Part shown: positions 1-10,492 of the stretch, one piece after another
Layout of the letters: each line of letters begins with the position of its first letter
How positions within the stretch are numbered: position 1 is the stretch's first letter
NCBI GenBank assembly: GCA_029717555.1
Contig: JAMDHS010000017.1
Span: forward strand, 186,001 to 250,000
Reading direction: 5' to 3'
From: Peribolospora baueri
Lineage: Eukaryota
Length of the DNA stretch: 64,000 nt
Program-made: the position numbers and the translations under genes
Notes under the pieces: generated by a model
The model's input: only the letters and a program-made list of their open reading frames with translations
Told to the model about the DNA's origin: nothing
The model's database searches: none

Positions 1-698
1 CTCCTTTAAAGGCACCGTCGAAGAGCAGCTGTTGCCCTCACCGATGTCCAACGGTATCGGAGAAGACCCGACAAACCCCGACCACACCACAATCACCGCA
101 GATGATTTGAATCGGCCGGAAAGTGAACATGGCTCGCTTTCCACCACCTCAAGGGACATCATCGACCCAGCTGCGGGGAAGGCAAAGCGACAGCGGACTC
201 GCTTGCCGAGGTCGGACGAAGGCACGGGGGCTGCGGCGCTACAGATGGAGACGGGGCTCGGGTTGGTGAGTGCGGTCGCCGGCTACTTTTTGGGCCTGGT
301 TAAGGCTATCCTATCGTCGAGTGCAGACCTGTTCATCGTACGATTGTTCCCTGCACGTTCTTCTTGTTCTCCCCGCTACTACGCTGACTCCGTTTTGGCC
401 TACCTTAACGGTTGAACCCCTTTCGTCCCCTCAGCCGATGAGCAAAGTCTATGCAGAGTTCTTCGGAGGCTCACTCACTTTCAAGTCACTCGACGGGTAT
501 GGGTCGGACGTGTATATCAGTGAGTAGCGCGCGCCGTTCTTCCGCTATCGTGTCGCCTTTTCCTTCGAGGGAAGTTTCGTGCCGCTTTCACCGAAGCTCA
601 AGCCGCCCATCTCGTTGTTCTGTGTTCCTTTTGTTCCTCGTCGATCGCCAACATCGTCAGGGATACCCAAGGTGCGCGATGACGGCGAGGCGCTATAG
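1..698 (+). CDS. 3' part of a mitochondrial pyruvate/branched-chain alpha-ketoacid dehydrogenase kinase (PDK/BCKDK, HATPase fold); 5'-truncated by the window edge
   Basis: Splicing out 266-434 and 520-660 (both GTGAGT..CAG) gives ...ETGLGL|PMSKVYAEFFGGSLTFKSLDGYGSDVYI|RIPKVRDDGEAL*, matching the G2-box/C-terminal motif (GxGLPxSxxYAxxFGG...GxGTDxYI) of PDK-family kinases. Stop TAG at 696-698. Confidence 0.82.
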
Positions 699-1039
699 AT
701 AGCCTCTTCCAGCTCTTCCTCTCCTTCCTCCCTCTTATCCTCATTTAACGGCCCACGTAGCACGTCTCTTACACCTTCTCGATACGTAACGTCCTTCAGC
801 TCGGCACCAACAAGGAAGAGATCGAACTCTAGGGTCCGTACAAGATTAGCGACTACCCCTCTCCTCACTCCTCACTCGCTTCGTGGGTCTGATTTATCAG
901 AGATCATTGTCGTCTATCAACCCCTCTCCCGGTCCCTTCGTCCGACTGTAGAACGGCTTTGTACTAGCGTTAGATTTTTCTTCGTTGTCCCGGTCCCTCA
1001 TCACAGTGACGCTAGTTTCCTCTCTCGGCCTCTCAGCGG

Positions 1040-4000
1040 TTAGACTTTTGTGTCGTCCGCCGTGCCCGCGTCCCCATTCTCCAACGTCGCCGTCACGGCA
1101 GCCGTAGCCTTAAGATCGGCGATCTGCCTCCGAGCGTCCGCGGAAACTTCGACCGCCATGGTATCAGTGTCCGAGGAGGCGCCCTCCACCTGCAGATCGA
1201 TCTCAGCGGGATGCTTCGTTCCCCAAACACGCGTGGCTCGGATTGCGTTGACGCCGCTTGGACCAGGCATCCCTGTGCCTTTGGTTTGGGAACGGTACAC
1301 GATCTCTTTCAGTTCGCTGTAGAGTACCTGAAGTGAAAGACAGACTCGAAGGGCGCCTACTCACCCTTGTATTGCTGATCCGCGCTGTTCATCGTAGACA
1401 GCCTTTGGGAAGCAGAGCTCGTGTCGGTCTTGAGGACCTCGCGTAGGGCCATGGTAGCGTACGCGCTGGTGCCGAGCGTCATGCGGATCTGGAGGGCGAG
1501 GAACATGCCATTGGGCTCGCCCTTCGGCTGCGGCACGCCGAGCAGGCGATCCTCGTCGGACTGTGCTAGATCTACATCCGGGTCGGTATAGCGCATGAGC
1601 GTCCACGACAAAGAAGTGGGCCGGTGAATGATCTTGCGGTAGGAACCGACCAGCGCGTAGTCTCTGCGTTAAGGAAGATGCGTAGGTGTGAATCGAGTGA
1701 GGATATTTTCGACGTGGGGAGATCAAGAAGATGACCCACCTCTGCTTCGATGCTCCAATGTCGTTTGGCGCCAGCCCGTCCTCGGCCAGCATGGCCTTGT
1801 ACTTGTCGGAGAGCGGGCCTTCGGCATACTTGACCTGATGACCGGGAAGGGGCATGACAACGTCGAGCATGGTATACTTGCTCACATCCTCTTCCGTCAG
1901 GGTCTTGACCTTCCAGAATCGCTTGACGCCTTCAACTGCAAGGCCGCAAGAGTGACAAGTCAGAATGACAAGACGACTGCACTATTCAAGACGAAACACC
2001 AAGCGCTTTTACCATCATCACCCTCGTCTGCGGCGTCCATGTCTTGATCAACCTCCTTCTCATCATCGCCCTCAAAACCGTCATAGACCAGATCGCCTAC
2101 AACTGGAGCGGAGGTGCCGTACATCTTGATGCGCTCCGAGACCATGCGGTTCCAGATGTAGGACTGGTACGCATGGATGAACATCAATCGCAGATTGCGA
2201 GGGATCTGTACAAGCGGGGACGATTAGAACAGACACACGTCAGTTTACCCCTTGAATTGGGCCGAAGGGCAAACATGACTCGTGCTTACAGAAGTGAAGA
2301 TGCCCAGCCGGTCATTTTCTGCGTTCATGGCCTTGGCTCGCTTCGTCGCCTCGACGATGCATCGCTCTGCGACAGCCTTACGCGGCATCAGCTCAACCGC
2401 GGCCTCAATATCGCCCTTTACATAAGCTTCGCGGGCCGTCGCCATGTCCGAGTAGTCGTTTGGTCGAGGCGTCATTATTAGCGAAATAGCCTTTTCCCAG
2501 TCCGACTTGAGGATGGCCAGACCGATAAGGTGAGTAGATATGGATGATGTGCCAAAGCGCTGCATGCCTGCCGAGAGGTGTCGATTTAAAAATAAAAGGG
2601 GAAGAATAGAAGAATGTCGCGTCAGACAGCAGCCTTAGCTGTCCAACCTCCGCACACGGGAAATAGGAAGCCCACTCACCATAGTAATTGATAAAGCCCT
2701 TCGTCTTGACAACGTTCATCGACCTCTCGACAGTGCTCTCATCGTCCACTTTGACGTTTCGCAGCGTGATGACAAAGTGGTTTCCGTCCAGCATTCCGAG
2801 AGAGAAGCCGTAGTCGGCATACTCAAGCTGCGAGATTCGGATTCCGCGGTCGCCCCGCTCGTGGACAGCATGCCCGAAGGTCTTGCGCGGTCCCTTGCCT
2901 CCGCGTCCGCCTCGGCCGCCCCTGCCTCCACGGCCGCCCCGCCCACCTCGACCATCAGACAGCTCGCGCCCAATGCCGTTGACCGCTTTCCACACCTCCT
3001 CGATTGTCCGCCTCCCTCGTCTCAAGCTAACCTTTTGCACAGTCACTCCTCGCCTGTCCTTCGTACCGCACACGCCAAGGTCGCGAGCGTTACAGTAGAG
3101 GCTTCTAGCGATGATGCCGAGAGCATCCTGCGAATCTCGGTTCGTTTTCTGGAGCACGAAGTGGATAAAGGGAGGATGCGCATCGGAGGCCGAGTCCTCG
3201 CCTCTTGGCTTGGCGTCCCGGCGGGCATCATGACGGCCGCTCCAGCGAATTTCGACAAACGTCTGCGCCTCGGCGCCCGCTTCCTGGCCTCCGGTCACTT
3301 CTTTGGATTCCGTGGCGAGCCTGCCGTTGAAGGTTTCCCGGATCATCTTGTGGAATGCGGCGCGTTGCTCTTTGGAGTCCATGGGCTGCGTGATGTATAG
3401 ATGAGCACAAGGTCCGTTCAGCATTGATTGCGTCACGCAGCGCCACGCTTTCGAAACAGCTAAGAAAGAGAACAAGCTAAGGCTCACCCCTGACATGACG
3501 GACCGGGGATCCTTAGCCGTGCGTCCTCCGCCACCGCCGTGGCCGCCTCGACCGCGGCCCCCTCTGCCGCGTCCGCCCCTACCTCTTCCTCTTCCTCCGC
3601 GTCTCCCACCAGACGTATCGCTATCGACGTCCATGCTCGAATCGCCCTCCCCTTCTTTGGCCGGAGAATCCTCAGCAGGCTGCGGAGGAACGGGACCTTC
3701 TTCAAACATCGTGCGGAGTTTCGCAAGAGCTTCGGCACCAAGGAAGGCCGAAAGAGCTTCGTCTGCTCCTTCAGGCCATGTTGGCTGGTGAGATGACGAG
3801 GCACAAAAACTGAGTCAGAAGATGAGAAGATTAGCAACCATAGGCCAACTCCCGCTCACCTTTTCGACTATCGGCCTTGTCCTTTTCGCTTGATTTCGTT
3901 CCGACTCTGCGTCCTGGACCTCCTCTCCATCTGCCTGCTTCACCTGCTCCTCACTCTCTCCCTTCTCCCCTCCATTTTCTTGCTTCGCCTGCTCCTCATC

Positions 4001-4749
4001 GTTCGCCCTCCCTTCTCCATCTTCGTGCTTAACCTGCCCCTCACCCTGCTCCTTCTCCTCTACCTCTCCTGCTGCCTCCCTGCGTTCCCGCTCCCTATGC
4101 TCTTCCCACCTCTTCTTCCGCTCTTGTCGCGCCCGCTGCTCCTTCTCATAGGCCTCCTTGAGGTCCCCGGGAGGCTCTAGAGTCGTCAGATGCACGACGC
4201 CGTGATTCTTCGGCTCGACTTCAAAGACGAGAAAGTCGGTGAACCTAAAAAGTGGAGGGGATGAAGGAAAGAGAGGGAGCCACAGAACAGAGAAGAGGTT
4301 TCCACGGCAAACTCTCAGCACTACCGCGGGCGGTGGAGGAGCAGGAGAAAACCGAAAAGGACCAACGGACGGACCGACTGGGCTGCTCACCTCTGCTTGA
4401 TGATGCCTTCGAAAGGCGGCACACAAGGGTCAACATACTCAGTTATGCCAACGTCCTTCTCCTTAACGACAGACTCCCAAACAGCAGCGGAGTCCTCCCC
4501 ATCTTTCCTCTTGTCTTTGCTCTCCTCCTCTTCCACCACCCCAGGCGCTGCACCGCCGCTCTCGCCGTGGGTGCCGTTCAGAACGATACTGGTGGACGCA
4601 GCCAAACCGCTTTCGTCCACTCTGAGCTTCTTAGCGGGCCTCCCGTCCTCCTTCTCGTCTCCTTCGCCCTCTGGCGCCGGGCGGAGAGAGACGGCGGAGG
4701 AGATGGGCTCGGCGAGCCTTTCGTCTAGGGCCCCTTCTAAGGACGACAT
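1040..4749 (-). CDS. PUS7: Multisubstrate pseudouridine synthase 7 (TruD family), about 9 exons
   Basis: Spliced peptides include [41 protein letters not shown], catalytic [65 protein letters not shown] and [12 protein letters not shown] at 4749 is inferred. The last intron acceptor is ambiguous: AAG at 1279 gives a stop at 1040, while CAG at 1317 would stop almost immediately. Confidence 0.93.
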
Positions 4750-5537
4750 GACTTGCCTGCTTGTCTTGCCAGTTCGGTCCGCTGCAAACGTGAGGCTTCG
4801 GTTTGACGGTGAGTTGAGCGGCTCGCTGAAGGCGAAATAGATGAAGACGTCGAAAACCAAAAGACGAGGGAGGGAGATGGCGGTGGAAGGAAGAAGTGAT
4901 CTGCGAGTGATCGTTTCTTCCTCGGAGCGGCCCTCCTGCCTTCGTGGGCACGTGATGCCCCTCGCCGCCCCTTGATCACCATCCAAATCTCCCGTCCCTG
5001 CCTCCTCGTCTTCTCGTCCTGTCCTTTCCTTATCCGCTCACCTCCCTTGTGTCGTAGCGTGCGGAGAGACGCTTGGCTCGTGCCGATCGTACGCCTATCC
5101 TTTCCTTAGAGGCCGCGGAACAGGTGTCTCTTCACTGGGCACACGCTTTTTTTCCTCCTCTTCTCCTCGACAAAGTCGGGGCCGGGAGTCAATTCTCGAA
5201 CGAGGCCAGAACGGCGACAGCAGGAGGAGGGTCAAGAAAGACAAGGTATTGGGGTATTCGAAATGCGCGAGAAAGAGCGAGATGGGCTATCGTATGTGTG
5301 TAAATAAGTAACGGGCACGACGGTCGACGGGTAACTAAGAGCTCCGGGGAAGATGAAGCAGGGCAAAAAAAAAGCGTCACGGGCATTAAAGGCGACTGTA
5401 CTGACCGAATGACAGGCGCAGGAAGCGAGCGTCTCAGTCGAAACGAAACCAAAAAACCCTAGGTCCACCCATCCATCTGACCCAAATGCCGACGGGACGA
5501 GCGCGACCAATTCCGTCGACGGTTCCGGTCCGGCGAC

Positions 5538-8500
5538 TCACACGAACCTGAGCGCGTCGACACCCAAGCTCCTTCGAACCTGGACGATGGCGACGAGCTC
5601 CTTGACCGTCTCCTCGAGGATGACGACGTTGTCTAGCACGGTCGAGAGGCTCACCGGGCGCTCGTTGTCCTCTCCCTTCTTCCCCTCCTTCGCCGGCGAA
5701 CTCGATCCGCTCCCACTCCCCTCACCGTCGCCATCCGCGTCCAGTCCTCCGACGTCGTCGCCGGCGAGAGAGGGCGCAGACCTGGAAGGCGTCGGCGAAG
5801 AAGCTTCCGTCCTCGCCTCAAACTTTTTTGCCTTCTCGCTGCTCCCTCGATACTCCGGACTCCAAGGCCCCAAGGGACTGTTGGCCACATGAGGCCGTAC
5901 GGCGATGCTCCCCGTCTTTTCGTAGTGCGCCGCGAAAGGACTTGCGGGGCCCGAGCTCGTAGACTCGTCATTCGGACTCGCGACCGGCTTGTTCTTGTCC
6001 GAGCTCCTCTTCCGTCCCGCCGGCGAGAGGAAGGAGGCCAAGCCGGAAGGCGCCGATGACTTTGCCTCTCTTCGCGGAGCGGGCCGGCCGGGGAGAGGGG
6101 TGGAAGGAGGCGAAGAGAGGCGAGCCACCGGGAGACCGCCGAGTTGCGAGGCCGGCCTCGGCGTGCCGGGAGTGGGGTCATGGGCGCCGGCGAAAGAAAG
6201 CATCGTCGGTGGTGGACCGCCGGGCTTGACAGGGCTGATGTCCGGCACCGCCAGACTGGGCGCGAGGCCCGCTCCAGAGGTGGAGGAGGAGGAGGAGAAG
6301 GCGTTTGGGCCTCCGCCAATATCGAAGGCGACGGCATCGAGCCCGAGGGCGTCGTTGAGGTTCTCGACGAACATCAACCCCTGTCTTCGTTCCATGAGGA
6401 AACGGTCGAAACCGATGACCTCGTCGCGATACCTCTCCAGCTGCTGCACGAGCGACTTGAGCAATCCGAGAACGACAGGCGAGCTCCCTTCGTCCTCACC
6501 CTCGAGACGGATGCCGTCGCCGGCCAAGAGCGCCTCGATGGACATGGGGGTCGTCATGATCCGTGAGCTTACCTCCATGTCAAAGTCGACCGATCGGTCG
6601 TCGTCGTCGTCATCATCATTGCCCTCCTCCCCGGCAGCATGACCGTTCTCACTCGCCCGGTCCGCCTCCACCCTGGCCTGCCTCTTCGCCGCCGCCGAAG
6701 CGCCCCAAACCATCCACCCTTCCAGGCCGCGAAAAGGGCACGTGGCAAGCGCTGCGAGCACGCCAGTGAGGGCGACGTTGAGCTCGGGCGAATGGGAGAA
6801 GAAGCGGGTAAGAGAGCTGAGGAGCAGTCGGAGCAACGGATCCTGGGGATCGAGCCGATGCTTGAAAGGCGCGTAGCCGTTTCGACCGAAAAACCTGGCG
6901 CCGGCGACACTGCCACTGCGTAGCCCACCGTTCTGGCCCAGATGGGCGAAAAGGACGCTCTTCCGCTTCGCCAACGCCCCTCCGCGAGCGCTGTTGAGGG
7001 CCGTGCCGCCGCCGAGTACGTCTCCGTCGTCAGCCCGTGGCGGCTCCCTCGGGGCGTAGAGTCCGCGCTGGAAGGAAGGATCGCTGACGATGGCTTCCTC
7101 GGCGTCCTTTATGTAGTTGCCGTACCCAGTGCTCAAGATCTCTTTGTTGTGTACGGGGTCGATGGCAGCTACGAGCGAGAGGAAGAGGTCGAGCTCGCGC
7201 ATGTGGCCGGATATGGTGGCGAGCGGACGGGAGGCGTCGGCGGCCCAGGACCACTTGTGATCATCGTCCAAGTCGGTCAGATCTTCCTTGTTCTTCGAGG
7301 GCTTGCCCTCCTCGTCCGCCTCGTCGGCGCCGCCCGGATAGACAAAGACGTCCGAGTCCGGCGAAGTCGGCCGGTCCAGCTCGAGACGCTTGAGTTCGAG
7401 GGGAGGAGCGTAGGCGAAGGGAAACGCCGTGGCCGCCTCGTCCGGGATAGCTCTGAGCAAGCCGGTGATGGCGAACCGGCTATGTGCGGTGAGGAACGTC
7501 CGCATGAGCTTGAGAGCGGCCGTGGCGGTGGCCTGAGACGTCTCCGGGCCCAAGTGCGAGCTGATGAGGTCCTTGAGGTTGTACCTACCCAGCGCGTCGG
7601 TAAAGTACTGGATGTCGGCGCTAGCGCTCTTGGGGGGGGCGGCGGCGTCCATGCGCGTCAGCGCCGTGCTCTTCCTTCGCCGGACTTTGGCGTCCCTCTC
7701 GGCAGGCCCGCCGGTGTTGTTGGCGTCCAAGGAGATGATGTCCCGATGTCGAGGACCAGCTCCCTTCCACGGCTCGTCGTCTGCGCCAAGGAGCCAACCT
7801 ATGACGGCGTCCGCGAGCGGGCCGTCGTCCTCGATGACTGTCAACATGAGGTCGATGTAGCTGATCACAGCGACCGCCGAGCCGTCGAAATCGGTGCACT
7901 CTAGGAGGGAGGGGTATAAGATATTTTGCAGGAATATGGAGCGCACAGAGTCAAGGACGGAGGATACGATGGCGTTGCCGACGAGCGATGCGGCGGAGAA
8001 CGAGGACGGGCCATCGGATCGGGCGGTGGGAGGGCCGGACGTGGGCGTGCGATTCTCGTCCGGCGTCCAAGGCCGAAAACGACGGTCGCGGGCGCGACCA
8101 CGGGGTTTGAGGACGTCCTGTGTAAAGTCGAGGAGCTTGAGGAAGAGCGCGATCTGCGCCTTGACGTTGGGGTCTGTGGAAATGTCGATGCCCTGGGCGA
8201 GCAAGCGCTCGATCTTGTCGTCCTCGAGGCTCAGGCCTTCCTCGCCGCCGGCGTCGAGGGCGCTGGCCTCGCCGGCGCCGAGCGACATGCCGCCGCCGAG
8301 CATGCTCGTACTGGCGTCCGCATCGTTGGACCGAAGCACGGCCAGCTTGCCGGGGAGCAGGCCGTAGACAGCGCCGAGACCGGCGCCGAGGACGTCGGCA
8401 AAGTCGGACTCGAGGATGAACTCGGCGAGGGCGAGCTTTGCGTCTGCCGCGGACATGGTGGCGTCGCCGTCGCCGCGGGGGCGCTCTTCTTTGGTCTCAT

Positions 8501-9820
8501 TAGGGGCGTTCTCGGCCGACATGGCGATGCTGACGACGAAGAGGAGGCCTGCTCGAGCGAAATCGCCGGTGCAGCCTTCGCGGTGGACGAAGCGGAGGAG
8601 GTAGGTGAAGAGGGGGAACTCGTACTCGGGCTTTGCGGCCGCCTGGGAGTGGGATTTGGAGGCGAGGGGATGCTTGTGGAGCGAAGTGATGGTGGAGGCA
8701 GAGGAAGAGGGCGTGGGAGAGGATGCCAGGCCGGCGTCGGCCTCTTGATCGTCCGCTCCGGCGGGACGTGGAGAAGCCTTGTCGTGGAAGAAGATCATGA
8801 GCAGCTCCGGGCTGGACCTGATGCGGGAACAGATGTGGCACATGAGGTTGACCAGGTCCTCCTCGTAGCCCTCGGCCTCGGGACTTCCGATGCGCGTCAT
8901 CCTCATCGCGCCTTCCTCGACGTAATCCTCGTCCTCCTCGTCGCCGACGCAGATGCGGATGAGCCTGACGACGGGTTTGTGGACGGCCTGTCGGGAGAGA
9001 AAGCGGTCGTCGAGGAGCATGGTCATGTTGGCGATCGCGCGGATCACCTCGGACTTGATGCCTGGCAAGCGGTCGGCTTCGCATAGGCGAACGAGTATGT
9101 CGAGAACTGCCGGGGGGCGTCATGAGAAATTTCGACGGGGGGGGCATCATGAGAAACTTCGGTCTGACTTGCGGGCGCACGAATCGCGGGGCACCCACCA
9201 TCATTTTTGAGCAGATACTCCATGCACACCCCCGTATCGTCATGTTCCGTTCGAGCGTCTTCGTCGACCAATGCATCGACGATGGCCTGTAGGCGTACCG
9301 GCACCTCGGTCGATGCGAGCCCTCGTTGGAGTTGTTTCTGGTCTGGCGTCTCGAGAGTGTTCTGAAGGCGGCGTACCGTAGCATACCGGGGTGAGCTCGA
9401 CGGCGACGGCAACGGCAAACAGCCTGCGATAAACGCCCTTACGAGGAGAGAGAAAGAGAGAGAAAGAAAAAAAGAGAAAGAGAAAGAGAAAGAGAAAGAG
9501 AAAGAGAAAGAGAAAGAGAAAAAGAACAGCCCACCCACCTTGACATACGTCCAATCACGATGAAACCTCTGAAGGCGCTCCTGAACACTAATCCCATCAC
9601 CAGCCTTCTTGGCGGCGGCGACCCTACTCCTACCGGCGGTGACGCCAGCGATGGAAGCTCCGAACCCGACGCCTGCTGTTCCTCTGCTCCTCCTCGTGCC
9701 GCCTCCAACTCCGCCTCCAACTCCCGCTCCGGTGGGGCCGTTGCGAGCGCCGGTGAAGGGACCGGGACCGGGGGAGGGACGCCTGGCGGGGGAGACGAGC
9801 TTGGAGAGCTGGGAGAACAT
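5538..9820 (-). CDS. FHIP/FAM160 (RAI16-like) protein of the FTS-Hook-FHIP complex; 3 exons (~9820-9539, ~9362-9200, ~9106-5538)
   Basis: Spliced N-terminus ...TGVCMEYLLKND|VLDILVRLCEADRLPGIKSEVI, then AVHKPVVRLI, ICSRIRSSPELLMIFF, EFPLFTYLLRFVHREG..GDFARAGLLF, FLQNILYPSLLE, FFSHSPELNVALTGVLAALA and C-terminal LDNVVILEETVKELVAIVQVR are characteristic of this family. Confidence 0.88.
9474..9521. repeat. (GAGAAA)8 hexanucleotide microsatellite within a longer purine-only tract, in FHIP intron 1
   Basis: Read directly. On the transcribed (-) strand it is a (TTTCTC)n pyrimidine tract just after the GTGGGT donor. Confidence 0.95.
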
Positions 9821-10064
9821 GGGTGCACGTCACGTCACGTCTCGCGGGCCAGCGAGCGGACTGGCTGGCAAAGGGCCGAGGGAAGGAAGAACCCCAAGGG
9901 AAGAAAAGTAAACTGTGCTTGAGGGGTGCGTGCGTGCGTGTGTAGGTGGGGTACGGACGGACGGGCGAAAGAAAGAAAGGAAAGGAAAGGAGTCGAGCGA
10001 AGCCGACCCGCTGGTCGGTCGTCTGTCTGTCTGTCGTCGGTCGTCGGTCGGTTCGGTGGGCGGT

Positions 10065-10093
10065 GGGATGGGATGGGATGGGATGGGATGGGA
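10065..10093. repeat. (GGGAT)5+ pentanucleotide repeat upstream of FHIP
   Basis: gggatgggatgggatgggatgggatggga read directly. Confidence 0.9.
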
Positions 10094-10492
10094 ATGAGAT
10101 GGAGGATGGATGATGGGATGATGGATGATGGCCCGGGAGCCGTCGTCGTCGTCACGTCAAGCTTCATCCAAACCAAAGCGAGATGATCTGACCGTTCCTC
10201 CCCCTCGTCGTCGGCGGAGGTAACTGGTTAGTTAGGGTTATCGGGGATCACATCGTCATTGCAATCGGAAGGGTATACATCCTAGACACCGCCGTCCCCG
10301 GCATGGCGAGGCAAGGCGCATTCGCTCGACTTGGAAAGAGTACATGACATGATATGAGAGGGAGGCGATAAGAGTGTGCGAGGAGAATGAACAATGAACG
10401 ACGAAGAGCGGGAGAGGGAAGCGGAAGGAAAGATGAAAAAGCACAGAGCCGAAAGGAAAGGCAAGGCAAGAACGACGTCGACGGAAGGATGG

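Noticed and set aside
6942..9086. Long + strand ORFs (320 and 386 aa) opposite FHIP
   Set aside because: Antisense shadows caused by strong codon bias in the FHIP exon.
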